Of a stretch of 64,000 bases of DNA, positions 1 through 12,051 are shown in pieces. The stretch spans positions 133,300,001-133,364,000 of the forward strand of contig OZ360226.1 of assembly GCA_977017645.1 (NCBI GenBank), in the 5' to 3' direction. Numbering within the stretch: position 1 is the stretch's first letter; the number at the start of each line of letters is the position of its first letter. The stretch comes from Torpedo marmorata. Lineage: Eukaryota. The notes under the pieces were generated by a model. The model was not told the DNA's origin. It saw only the letters and a program-made list of their open reading frames with translations, and did no database searches. A program made the translations under genes and the position numbers.

Positions 1-597
1 GGAGAGAGACTCCAATAATTTTCTCCGCTGCCCTCACTATCCTCTGCAGGGTCTTTCGGTCCGAGGTGGTACAGTTTCCAAACCAAGCAGTGATGCAATT
101 GCTCAGAATACTCTCAATGCATCCCCTGTAGAATGTAGTAAGGATAGGGGGTGGGAGATGAACTTTCCTCAGTCTTCGCAGGAAGTAAAGATGCTGCTGG
201 GCTTTCTTGAATATGGAACTGGTGTTTAGGGACCAGCTGAGACTCTCCGCCAAGTGCACTCCAAGAAACGTGGTACTCTTTAAGACCTCAACGGTAGAGA
301 TGTCCATGGTCAAAGGAGAATGATCCCCCCGGGCCCTTCTGAAGTCGACAACCAACTCTTTTGTTTTGTTTACGTTCAGCTGCAGGTTGTTGTTACCGCA
401 CCATTCCGTTAGCGACTGCACCTTATCTCTGTATGCTGACTCATCATTCTTACTGATAAGGCCCACCACGGTTGTATCATCAGTAAACTTTATGATGTGA
501 TTCGAGCTGTGTTTTGCTGCACAGTCATGAGTCAGCAGGGTGAACAGCAATGGACTAAGCACACAGCCCTGGGGAGCCCCCGTGCTCAATGTAATGA
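1..597 (-). mobile_element. Rex1/Babar-like LINE RT fragment, 5'-truncated, running off the window start
   Basis: Minus-strand translation gives [20 protein letters not shown]...KFTDDTTVVGLI...FYRGCIESILSNCITAWFGNC, the same RT type as ORF 5660..6484. Confidence 0.85.
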
Positions 598-1085
598 CCT
601 TCAAGCAGAAGTCGAAGACAGAATTTGCGTATTTTTGGATTGCCTGAAGATATAGAAACTGATGATTCGATTAAGTTCTTTACTAATATGTTGGCTGAGA
701 TGTTCCAGGGTGTTTTGAAGAAACCCCCGCTTCTGGATCGAGCACACCGAGCTTTAAAAAGGAAACCTTCTGCTGAAGCTAGACCTCGTCCAGTGATTCT
801 TTGTTTTCATTACTTTCAAACCAAAGAAGCAATTATTCGTGAAGCTCGTAAGCGTGGGAAAATACTTTACAAAGAAACTGAAATTCGTTTTGTGGAAGAT
901 TACCCTCAAGAGGTTCTTGCCAAGAGAGCTAAATACAGAGATGTTATGACTGAGCTCTATAAAAAGCAATATTGACCTTCTCTTCGCTATCCAGCACGTC
1001 TGAAGATCTTTCCGAAGGATAATCCCCCTAAGTGGTTTGTTTCTCCTGATGAAGCATGGAAGTTTCTGCAAGATAGTTCAACTAC
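598..1085 (+). pseudogene. L1 ORF1p fragment (RRM/CTD-like)
   Basis: ORF 625..975 with RIFGLPE, LDRAHR, PRPVILCF, IRFVEDY; premature stop. Confidence 0.8.
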
Positions 1086-1129
1086 TTCAATCAACATGAA
1101 CATTTTAACCTGGCTGTGTGGTTGAAACT

Positions 1130-4100
1130 GTTGCCTTAACCCATTTATTGACAGATCTTCTTCAAATCCGATGCTGCCTAATAAATCTGCAACTTTTATC
1201 AATTCTTTTTTGTTAGATTATGGACTTGTTGATATATGGCGTTTTTTTTACACCCTAATGATAGAGTTTTCTTTTTTTCACATGTTTATCATCAATATTC
1301 TAGGATTGATTTTTTCTTTGTTGATAATCAATTAGTTCCCTCAGTAACGGATTGTACGTATGGCGCAATTGCTGTTTCTGATCATGCGCCTTTGAAACTC
1401 TCTTTAACACTCTCTGATGTTGCTTCCAGAGCCCAGCAGTGACGGTTTAATTCGACCTTACTTCAAGATGGAAAATTTGTAGACTTTATTAAGAAGCAAA
1501 TCTCTTATTTTTTCTTAATGAATTTAACTGAGAAAATGTCGAGTTTAACTGTCTGGGATAAGTTTAAGGCATACCTTCGGGGACAAATAATTTCCTATTC
1601 AGCTGGGTTAAGAAAACGTACAAAGGAAGAATTATTGCTACTGAATAATAGGATTAAAGAAATTGATAGAGTATATTCAAGGATGCCTAATGCTGATCTT
1701 TATAAGGAAAGGGTAGAACTTCAAACACAACATGATTTACTTTTAGCATATCCTATTGAAAGCCAACTCCTTAAACTTAAAAGTCAGTTTCATGTACATG
1801 GGGATAACTCCGGTAAATTGTTAGCTAGTCAATTAAAATCAGCTATGGCCAAAAGACAGATTACTAACATTTGTAAAAAAGATGGTAGCATTGTGTTTGA
1901 TCATGTTGAAATTAATAAGACATTTCAGGAATTCTATTCTGATTTATACAAATCTGAGTTTCCCGATAATTCTGTCTCTGGATAGATTCCTGCAACGGTT
2001 GAATATCCCTAAAATTTCTCCTAATGATCAACTTTTATTGGAAGCTCCAATTTCAGAGATGGAAATTTTTAAAGCAATTTCCTCCCTTCAGTCTGGCAAA
2101 GTGCCAGGCCCGGATGGTTACACCGTTGAGTTTTTAAAATGTCTTGCTAATATACTTACCCCCCGACTTTGTAAGGTATTTAGTGATTCTAATCTTTTTA
2201 GAACCTTGCCACAGACATTTTATGAAGCGTTAATTTCCTTAATTCCTAAAAAGGATAAAGACCCTTCTGATTGCGCTTCCTATAGACCAATATCTTTATT
2301 GAATGTTGATTCTAAAATTCTTTCCAAGATTTTAGCTAATAGATTGGAAAATATTCTTCCTCAGATTATCTTTATAGAACAAACAGGATTTATAAAGAAT
2401 CGATATTCATATTTCAATATCCGTAGATTAATGAATAGAATTTATTCCCCATCGCTTAAAACTCCAAAATGTGTAGTGTCGTTAGATGCAGAAAAGGCTT
2501 TTGATAGAGTGGAATGGAAATATCTGTTTGAAGTTTTGAAAAGATTTAATTTTGGCCCTGGTTTTATCTCTTGGATTAACTTGATTTATCAAGCTCCAGC
2601 CGCTGCTGTAATTACGAATAATCAAAAATCTTTACTTTTTAAGGTTATTTCGAGGAACTAGACAGGGTTGTCCTCTTAGCCCTTTATTATTTAATTTAGC
2701 TTTGGAACCCCCTAGCAACAGCACTTCGGGATTTTAGTGATATTTGGGAATTAATAGAGGAGATGGAATTCACAAAGTATCTTTATATGCAGATGATCTT
2801 TTAGTATACATTTCAGATCCTGAGAAATCTATTCCTCCAATGTTGTCTTTGCTTTCCCAATTTGGTAGTTTCTCTGGATATAAATTGAATCTTTATAAGA
2901 GCGAGTTATTCCCAATAAACATGCATGTACCTGTTTATAATCACATACCTTTTAGAGTGGTTAAAGATCATTTTACCTATCTTGGGGTTAAAATTACCAA
3001 AACATTTAAAGATCTATGTAAATTTAACTTTCTTCCTTTGATAGATTATGTGAAACAATCTCTTTCTAAATGGTCTCCATTGGTTTTATCTTTAATAGGT
3101 CGTATTAAATGCTATTAAGATGATAATCTTACCTAAATTTTTGTATTTATTTCAAGCAGTTCCAGTTTTTATTCCAAAATCCTTTTTTTGATAATATTGA
3201 CTCTAAAATATCTTATATTTGGAATAAAAAGACATTGAGTAAATTCCATCTGCAGAAATTAAAGAAAGATGGTGGTATGGCTTTACCTAATCTTAGACTC
3301 TATTATTGGGCAGTTAACATCCGCTATATTATTTTCTGGATCTACTATTCTGATAAATTTGAACTCCCTTATTGGGTAGATTTGGAATTGAATTTCCGTG
3401 CAGAGGTATTCAGTAGCCTCTTTATTGGGAGCAGCTCTTCCTTTTACACTTTCTAAGATTAGTAGGCATACCTTCAACCCAATACTTAAACATACATTAC
3501 GGATTTGGTTTCAATTTCGGGAGTTCTTTGACTTGAAAATTTTTATTTTATCTAGTACCATTTCTCTTAATTATTTTTTTCAACCGTCTATAATTGATCA
3601 AGCCTTCTCTTTTTTGAAAATTAAAGGAATCGTCTCTTTTTCAGATTTGTTTGTAGATGGTAGCTTAATGTCTTTTGAACAATTATCCAATAAATATAAT
3701 ATACCTAAGTCACATTTTTTTAGATACTTCCAAATTAGAAATTTTCTGAATACTTTACTGCCTAACTTTCCAACATTGTACCAACCAGATTTGATTGATA
3801 CTTTTTTCATTTGAATCCTCATAAGGGCTTAATAGGTAATATTTATAAGTTATTAAGATCACAATCAAATTCTGATGACAAAATTAAAAGGGCCTGGGAA
3901 GAGGAACTTCAGTTACATCTTCCAGAGGAATAATGGGAGAAGATTTTTGGATTGGTTAATACCTCTTCAATATGTGCTCGTCATTCTTTGATTCAGTCTA
4001 AAGTGGTACATCGGTCTCTTATGTCGAAAGACGAATTGGCCCGTATTTTTTCTAACATTAGTCCTATTTGTGATAGATGTAAATCAGAAGTGGCCTCTCT

Positions 4101-5156
4101 AACTCGTATGTTTTGGTCATGTCCTATGTTGGAGAGGTATTGGATAGATATTTTTAAGACTTTGTCAGCTATACTGGATAATAGTTTGCAACCTAACCCA
4201 TTGACTGCTCTTTTTGGAATTATAGTTTCAGAAGTGGGACGAGTTCCCACTTCCACACATCGGGTTGTAGCCTTTTCTACATTGTTGGCTAGAAGAGCTA
4301 TTTATTTAAATGGAAAGATTCTAATCCACCAACTTTGACTCAACAGTTCTCTCAAATTACTGTATTTGATGGCATATAAGACCCCCCTTTTTTCCCCAAA
4401 AAATTGCCTCAAAACCACCAAAGTGGCCCGTGCTTTCCTGAGTCGCTGCCGCTCACTTCCCCCGGTAAAAAGGCTCGCTCTCTCCCTCCCGCTCGCCCCC
4501 GCTCGCTCGCTCCCGCCCGCTCGCTCTCACCCACAGTGCTTTGAGGGGAGAGCTGGGCCTCGATGATCAGGCTTTGTTTGACGAGCACGGACCCCCGAGC
4601 AAATTGAATGAGGCGCGGGGGCGGGTGGCAGTGAGCGAGCAGCCTGTCAAGCTCAGCTCAACAGGCCGCTCGCTCACTACCACCCGCCCCCGCGCCTCAT
4701 TCAATCTGTTCGGGGGGCCGTGCGTGTCAAACAAAGGCTCAGCGTGGAGCCTGATCACCGAGGTCCAGTGATCCCCTCAAAGCAAGCGATCGATCGTCTG
4801 CTCCCCGCGACGGTGGGCCTGGGCCCTGCCCATTGTCCTGGCTTCTCTCCCTCCCACCCTCGTGCGCCCGTGGGTCACAGCACACCTGTCAATCAATTAG
4901 CGTTTGGACGGTGGGGTGAAGCAGCCTGAGCCTCAGCGGGCAAGAGGACGTGTTACTGCTGTGAAGGTAAATACACTAAAACAAATTTTTCCTGAAATCT
5001 CACGCTAAAAATGAGGGTGGGGGGGGGGTCCTAAATGCCGTCAAATACGGTATGTCATGTTTAAGTTTAGAGAAAGTTAGGAGTCGAACATTTGATACTT
5101 CTGTTAAATTTGAAGAGACTTGGCAACCTTTTATAAATTATTTCCACACGACCTAG
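1130..5156 (+). pseudogene. L1 ORF2 (partial endonuclease, RT, C-terminal domain), frameshifted
   Basis: ORFs 1236..1442, 1518..1985, 1882..2661, 2744..3118, 3398..3814, 3952..4338; the frame resumes after the MITE as MSCLSLEKVR...WQPFINYFHTT*. Confidence 0.88.
4360..5050. mobile_element. Non-autonomous Tc1/mariner-superfamily (Tc2-type) DNA transposon
   Basis: Terminal inverted repeats (TIRs) CTGTATTTGATGGCATATAAGACCCCCC and, reverse-complemented, CCGTATTTGACGGCATTTAGGACCCCCC; TA TSD at 4358-4359 and 5051-5052; removing it restores the L1 ORF2 frame. Confidence 0.9.
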
Positions 5157-5398
5157 TTAGTATAATTATTTTCCCTTCTGGACTATATTTAATTTTATTT
5201 TCTTTCTCTTTGTTGGTGAAGACCATACAATTAATTTTATTAATAAATTCTCAGGATCGGCTGCCCAATCTTTTGTTTTGTTTTTGTTTTTTTTTTTAGA
5301 TTAGGTGGGGTTCTATATAATTTAAAAAAATCCTTTTCCCATTTTCTTTGAAGATTTCAGTTTGAGAAGTTGAGAACATATTCGTTAATTGTGGTGTA

Positions 5399-7250
5399 AT
5401 TAGATTAGATTAGATTAGATGCACTTTATTGTCATTGTACCAGTTCAAAACAAGCCAATGAGATGCAACTAGCATCCAACCAGAAGTTAAAAAATAGTGC
5501 TATATACATCACAGTAAAACATGTGCAATTAAAACTAACAACAACCTATTCAACAAAACAACAACCTATTCAACAAACAAACTATTATAAAAGTACTGAT
5601 ATTACACTGAGTGCAGTACCACTCAGCGCTGTGATTCAGTGTTCATCAGGCTCACAGCCTCATGAAAAAAAACTCTTCTTCAGCCTGCTGGTACGCGAGC
5701 AAAGGCTCCTGTAGCGTCTGCCCGATGGGAGAAGAGTAAAAAGTCCGTGATTTGGGTGTGATGCATCCTTTATGATGTTCCTCGCCCTGCCAAGACACCG
5801 TTCTCTATAGATGTTCTCGATGGTAGGCAACTGCATGCCAATAATCCGCTGGGCAGTTTTCACCACCCGCTGGAGTACTTTGCGGTCATGTACTAGGCAG
5901 TTACCATACCACGCCGAGATGCCATATGTTAGTACACTCTCAATGGTGCATCTATAGAAATCCAGCAATATCCTGGGACAGAGGTATACCTTCCTCATGC
6001 TTCGCAGAAAGTAAAGACGCTGTTGTGCCTTTTTAATCAGCATTGAAGAATTCAAGGACCAAGTAAGATCTTCGGAAATCTGGACGCCAAGAAATTTAAA
6101 GCTTGACACACGTTCCACCACAGCTCCATTGATGTAAATAGGGACGTGAGTGTGGCTTCCAGCACGCCTAAAGTCCACAATGATCTCCTTGGTCTTCTGA
6201 GTATTAAGTGTCAGGTTATTATCGGCACACCACAAGGCCAGGTGCTGAACCTCATCCCTATAGGCCGTTTCATCGTCCCCTCTGATCAGGCCAACCACCG
6301 TGGTGTCATCTGCGAACTTGATTATAGAGTTTGTACTATGTACAGGAATGCAGTCGGAGGTAAAAAGGGAATACAAAAGAGGGCTCAACACACAACCCTG
6401 AGGTACGCCGGTATTCAAGGTGAGAATGGAAGAAAAAAGATTGCCTAACTTAACAGATTGGGGTCTGTTCGTTAGAAAGTCCAAAATTCAATTACAGAGG
6501 GATGAGCTGATACCAAGCAGACGAAGTTTGGTAATCAGCTTGGAGGGAATCACAGTGTTGAAAGCCGAACTGAAGTCTATGAACAGCATTCTGACATAAG
6601 AGTTAGAGCTGTCCAAGTGAGTCAAAGCAGAGTGGAGCACTGTTGAAATAGCATCCTCGGTCGACCTGTTGGTACGGTAGGCAAATTGATGAGAGTCCAT
6701 AGTGGCAGGCAAACAGAATTTCAAATGTGATAAAACTAATCTCTCAAACTACTTTGCGATGATGGGGGTGAGTGCAACTGGACGGTAATCATTCAAGCTC
6801 ATGACAGTAGAACTCTTCGACACTGGCACGATGGTAGCGATCTTGAAGCTCGTTGGAATAACTGCCTTGGCTAGGGACAGATTGAAAATGTCCGTAAAAA
6901 CCCCAGCCAACTGTTCTGCACAGGCTCTAAGCACACGGCCAGGTATGCCATCCGGACCAGCAGCCTTCCGTACATTCACCCTACTCAAGGTGGCCCATAC
7001 ATCAGAGATGGAAAATAAGAGAGGCAATTCATCAGGTAAAAGATCAGCCTTGGAAGTGACCTCCTTATTCTCTCGGTCAAAGCGAGCGTAGAAATAGTTA
7101 AGCTCCTCAGAGAGGGAGGCACAGCTAGAAGGAGGCGCAATACTAGATGATTTGTAGTCTAATAATCTGTATGCCTTGCCACATGCGCCGAGGGTCCGAG
7201 GATTTAAAATGCTCTTCGATCTTTTGTTTATATGTATATTTAGCCTGAGA
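5399..7250 (-). mobile_element. Rex1/Babar-like LINE, 5'-truncated, inserted in the L1 3' UTR
   Basis: ORFs 6749..7027, 6488..6724, 5660..6484 ([31 protein letters not shown]); (ATCTA)n tail at 5399-5420. Confidence 0.9.
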
Positions 7251-7409
7251 GATGTTATATAGTGATTTTTTTTTCTTCTTGATTATGTACTCCTACTCTA
7301 CTCATGTATTGTTTACCTATTATATGATTAATAAAAAGATTGAAAAAGAAAGATTGATTAGAATTTTTTTTTAAGCCAAATAAAAGGCTTGTGTGGAACG
7401 ATAGCAGCA

Positions 7410-8152
7410 ATGGACATTGAGAAGTTTGTGGGATCGCCCACCCTTGCAGAGTTGCAGGGAGCGAGAATGAGTGAGTTGTTGACTATCGCACAAAAGTTGG
7501 AACTTGCGGCGGTCAAACAATCGATGAAAAAGGCACAGATTCATAAAGTTATAGGTGACTATTGTGTGATAAAAGAGAAGTTTGGAGAGGAGGAGGTAAA
7601 ACAATTTCTCCAGAGGGAATCCTGTGAGCAGAGGCTACCAGTAGAACAAATTGAGTTGGAAAAACTTAGTTTGGAGTTTGAGAGGGAAAAACTTAGAAAG
7701 GAGGAAGCTGAGAAACAAAAGCAGTTGGAGCTAGAATTAGAGAAACTGAGAAATGCAGAGAGGCAAAGCAGTTTGAGCTAGAATTAGAAAGACTTGAGGC
7801 GGAGGAAGCCGAGAAACAAAAGCGGTTTGAGCTGGAATTAGAAAAACTTAGAAGGGAGAAAGCCGAGAGGCAAAGACAATTTGAGGAAGAAATGGAAGCT
7901 TGGCAGGAATCTGCTGAAGTAGCGGATGAGTATGCTTTAACCCACAGGGTTAAGTTGGTGCCAAGTGGATCCTTCCAGAGGGTTAAATTTGTGCCAAATA
8001 AAACCTTCCAGAGGGGTAATGTGGAATATCCACGTAAGTCAGAAAACAAATTGGGAAATGACCTTGCAGAGGGTAAATTTGTCCCTGCGGTGAGGTTGAC
8101 TGCCATTGGGAAAAAAAGACAGATTCGGATATATATCCAGCCTGTGCAGTGA
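7410..8152 (+). pseudogene. gag remnant with coiled-coil tandem repeats
   Basis: MDIEKFVGSPTLAELQ..., LELEKLRKEEAEKQKQ repeats, and a ...AEVADEYALTH motif. Confidence 0.7.
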
Positions 8153-8289
8153 CGCGAGCTATGTCTAAAAAGCTTGCCAGTGCAGACGGTTTGGACCAGA
8201 GTTCTTGTGTTAAACGCAAGAGGAAGGATTTGTCGTAGTCCCGAAAAGAGTTTATAACGGGGCAGAACAGAGATCCTGATCTTGCTGAG

Positions 8290-9480
8290 GTGAGAGATAA
8301 GGCTCTCTCTGAGGAGGAAATTAAGAAAGTGCCAGTTGGATATTATTTTAAGGAAAGGGTGCTAATGAGGAAATGGAGACCACTTGATATCCCTGCCAAT
8401 GAAGAGTGGGCAATTATTCACCAGGTAGTAGTTCCTAAAGCCTATAGGGACGAAATTTTAACCTTGGCCCATAACACACCCTTGGGTGGTCATCTTGGTA
8501 TAAAGAAAACTATATACAAGATCATGAAACAATTCTGGCCTAGCCTGAGAAAAGATGTGGCATTTTGCCGGACCTGTCACACTTGTCAGGTTGCGGGGAA
8601 ACCTAATCACGGTTCCCCAGTAGCTCCTTTAAAACCTATTCCTGCTTTTGGCAAACCCTTTTCCAAAGTTATTGTGGATTGCGTTAGCCCCTTGCCCAAG
8701 ACAAAAACTGGGAATCAGTATTTGCTAACTGTCATGTGTACAGCCTCCAGGTTTCCAGAAGCAATACCGCTTAAAAATATTAAAGCTAAGACTGTGTCGA
8801 GAGCTCTTGTGAGATTTTTCACTTTAGTTGGTTTGCCTAAAGAGATCCAATCAGACCAGGGAAGTAATTTTATGTCGGGATTGTTTCAGCAGATAGTTTA
8901 TGAATTGGGAGCCAATCAAATCACATACTTTGCCTATCCAGAATCTCAAGGGGCCTTGGAGAGGTTCTATGTGACCCTCAAAACCATGATGAGGACATAA
9001 TGTGTTGAGAATGAGAAGGACTGTGATGAGGGTGTCCATTTGCTCTTGTTTGCAGTAAGAGGGTCTGTGCAAGAATCCTTAGGCTTTAGCCCTTTTGAGT
9101 TGGTGTTTGGACATAAAGTTAGAGGACCTTTAGTGTTGTTGAAGGAACAATGGGTTAATGAGGATGTGCGGTTGAATTTGTTGGATTATGTCTCGAAATT
9201 TAAAGATCGTTTGCAGAAAGTCTGTGAATTAGCCCAAGAGAACTTGAAAACAGCTCAAGGTAAAATGAGTCTGGTATGATAAAAAGGCCAGAGTGAGAAC
9301 TTTTAAAACGGGATAAAGTATTAATTCTTTTCCCAACAAATTCGAATCCCCTTAGGGCAAAATTTTCAGGCCCTTATGAGATAGAGTCAAAGGTAAATGA
9401 AGTTAACTATGTAGTTAAAACACCTGATCGGAGACATAAAACGCAGAGTTGCCATGTCAACATGTTAAAACCGTATTTCG
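8290..9480 (+). pseudogene. Integrase (HHCC, DDE, GPY/F)
   Basis: AH...GGHLG...CRTCHTCQ; VDCV; SDQGSNF; PESQGALERF; FSGPY near 9363. Confidence 0.9.
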
Positions 9481-10297
9481 AGAACTTGGCTTGGAGCAAG
9501 GAACAGCCTTCACCAGAGGTGTTGGTTGTTGATATAACGGAGGAATTTAGGGACCCTGAGATGGCACAAGCTGACTCTTGTGAGGGTCACTTCAAACTAA
9601 ACATTGTCCCGGTTCATCTGTCTAATTCGGATATTTTGCAGAATTTGGATGCTAAGTTGGCTCATCTTCAGCCCCAGGAAAAGGAACAAATGAAACAGCT
9701 ACTTTTAAAAAAAATTTAGGAACTTGTTTCCAGATGTGCCTAAGAGAACCCCAATAGTTTGTCATGATGTTGGAGATGCCAACCATATCAAACAACATCC
9801 CTATCAAATGAATGTGGAAAAGAGTAAACTGGTAGATCAAGAAATTGAATATATGTTAAAGAATAATATTATTAGACGTTCTACCTCAGATTTGAGTTCA
9901 CCTTGTGTCCTGGTGCCAAAATCAGAAAGGATGGTTAGATTTTGCACTGATTATAGGAAAGTTAGCGCGGTAACAAAGACAGATGCTTATCCTATCCCTA
10001 GGGTGGATGATTGTGTGGACAAGGTTGGAAAGGCTAAGTTTCTTACAAAGATGGACTTATTAAAAGGTTACTGGTGTGTTCCCTTAACAGAGAAAGGTGG
10101 GGAAATTTCTGTGTTTGTGACCTCGTCAGGATTATATGAATATAATGTTTTGCCATTTGGAATGAAGAATGCTCCAGGGACATTCCAAAGAATGATTAAT
10201 TCTGTAACTCAAGGTTTAGAGCAGTCATTCCCAAAGTGGGCGGTGCTGCCTCCCTGGGGCGATGAAAAGATCCAAGGGGGCGGTGAGGAATAAGGGG

Positions 10298-10525
10298 GCG
10301 CGCCACGACATAGCCCTTGGCCACCAGTGCCTTGAGGGCAGCCAGCGAGAGGTCGCGCCACTCCTTGGCGGCCGCCGCTGCCGACAGGACGCGATCGGTC
10401 ACCGTGGGGCCTTCCGCTCCCTTGCAGCTCCGCTGCTGCTGCCTCTTGCTCCTGGTCGCCTTGTCTGCTCCGCTGCCCCCTCCGCCGGGTTCGCCGACTT
10501 CTTCAGCCCTGGGGTTCTCAGCCAT
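10298..10525 (-). pseudogene. Captured 5' fragment of a linker histone H1-like gene (N-terminal tail plus first half of the globular domain)
   Basis: ORF 10196..10525 reads MAENPRAEE...GPTVTDRVLSAAAAAKEWRDLSLAALKALVAKGYVV, compared with the canonical H1 [37 protein letters not shown]; Kozak context GCCATGG. Confidence 0.8.
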
Positions 10526-10613
10526 GGCGAGTCCCCCTCTCTGTCTGTCTCATCCTCGCTCTTCACACTGCCACAGCCAAAAGCGGTGGGAACTGGAGGA
10601 GCAAGTGAGCCCC

Positions 10614-10700
10614 TTTATACCCGGGAAGCGGATGGAAAGGAGAAACCCTTCCACCACCCCACCCTCGCACCTTGGCCACCCAACTCATTTTGTGTTTCTC
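10614..10700 (-). promoter_or_regulatory. Histone H1-type promoter: H1 box, GT/GC box, TATA
   Basis: Minus strand shows GAGAAACACA (10700-10691), GGGTGGGGTGG (about 10664-10654) and TATAAA (10619-10614), with the TATA about 90 bp upstream of the H1-like ATG. Confidence 0.65.
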
Positions 10701-12051
10701 ACCTCTGCTAAACCCCCGGAACGCCGGCAAACTCGCCCTCCCCGACCCACCAAACCCGCTGCATGCCTACCCGTCGACTGCAGAGCATTGGAATCCCCCG
10801 GCATCTCCACCCGCATTTGCCCGAACTCGCCCCAATCTCCGTCTAGTTCCAAAAACTCTTCAGGCGCATTAACATTTTACCCATTCCTTGGCAGAAATTG
10901 GGCATTGAACTCGATGCTTGTGAAATACATATGCTTGTATATAGTGTTAGATTAGTTGTTGTTTTAAATTTGCAGTGACCTAATACCAAGAAAGAGGTGT
11001 GTGTTTGTTGTGTGTGTGCGGGGTGGGGGGGGGGGGGGGTGGGGCGCTAGGGATGTGGCCTGGCAGCCCGAAAAAGTTTGGGAACCACTGGTTTAAAGCA
11101 TATGGATGCTTATATTGATGATTTGGTTACAGGGAATGACACATGGGAAGCACATATCTCTGAGTTAGAGAAATTATTCAACAAACTTTCAAAAACAAAC
11201 CTTACTGTGAATTTAGCGAAAAGTGAATTTGGCCATGCTACTGTGACTTATCTTGGTTACGTTGTTGGTCAGGGCAAGTTGGCGTCTGTTCAGGCGAAAG
11301 TTCAGACGATTTCTGAGTTTCCCATACCCACGGGTAAGAAAGCTATTAGGAGGTTTTTGGGAATGGTTTGGTATTACAGAAAGTTCTGTAAAATTTTTTG
11401 CTGATATAGCCCTTCCTTTGACAAACCTTTTGAAGAAGGGTGAAAAGTTTGTTTGGACAGAACTTTGTCAGGAGGCACTTGATAAACGGAAAGCCATTTT
11501 ATGTCACCAACCTGTGCTTAAGCCACCTGACTTTGAGAAGCCATTTTCTTTAGCAGTAGATGCTAGTGATGAAGCTGCAGGAGCAGTGCTTTTACAAAGG
11601 AATGGTTGTGATGGTATTGGCCATCCAGTGGCTTACTTCTCCAAGAAATTCAATAAACATCAAAAGAATTATTCTACTATAGAGAAAGAATTATTGGCCC
11701 TTGTACTGGCTTTGCACCATTTCGAGGTTTACATTTGCACAGCTCAGGGACCACTTGTTGTGTATACTGATCATAATCTCTTTGTGTTCTTGAGTAAAAT
11801 GAAAAACAAAAATATACGATTGTTAAACTGGAGTTTAATTCTACAGGAATATGATTTAATGATAACTCATATTAAGGGCAAGGATAATGTAATTGCTGAT
11901 TGCCTTTCAAGATGTTAAGTTTGCAACGTTACTGAAAAATGTTATATTTGTCTGTATAATCTCTTGTAAATAGTGAGTATTATTTCAATCATTGTAGTTT
12001 GCAGTTAAAATTTTGCTCTTACAGCTCAAAATTTTCTTTGTTGGTGGGAGG

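Larger units (their letters stand above)
598..7353 (+). mobile_element. Decayed L1-clade LINE (ORF1 C-terminal half, ORF2, 3' UTR), interrupted by a Tc2-type MITE and a Rex1 copy
   Basis: ORF1-like SRRQNLRIFGLPE...DRAHR; ORF2 pieces YSRIDFF/SDHAP, GPDG, YRPISLLN, SLDAEKAFDRVEW, LYADD, C-terminal CxxC; 3' end AATAAAAAGATTGAAAAAGAAAGA near 7330-7353, matching the L1 3' end at 53872-53896. Confidence 0.9.
10222..11090. mobile_element. Non-autonomous hAT (Charlie-type) DNA transposon with captured internal sequence
   Basis: TIRs CAGTCATTCCCAAA...TTTGGGAACCACTG; 8-bp TSD GTTTAGAG (10214-10221) and GTTTAAAG (11091-11098); removing it restores RT ...VTQGLKHMDAYIDD. Confidence 0.92.
9724..11918 (+). 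pseudogene. Gypsy RT-RNase H, split by a hAT insertion
   Basis: RFCTDYRKV, DLLKGYW, LPFGMKNAPGTFQR, then after the insert AYIDDL; RNase H motifs VDAS, NYSTIEKELLA, YTDH, NVIADCLSR*. Confidence 0.9.

Noticed and set aside
4541-4771. Pair of similar ORFs on opposite strands
   Set aside because: Artefact of the palindrome
10196-10525. Functional histone H1 gene
   Set aside because: The globular domain is truncated, there is no Lys-rich C-terminal tail and no histone 3' stem-loop, and the ORF runs into transposon sequence
10262-10955. Plus-strand ORFs of 149 and 212 aa as novel genes
   Set aside because: Low-complexity shadows of GC-rich sequence; the recognisable homology (H1) is on the minus strand
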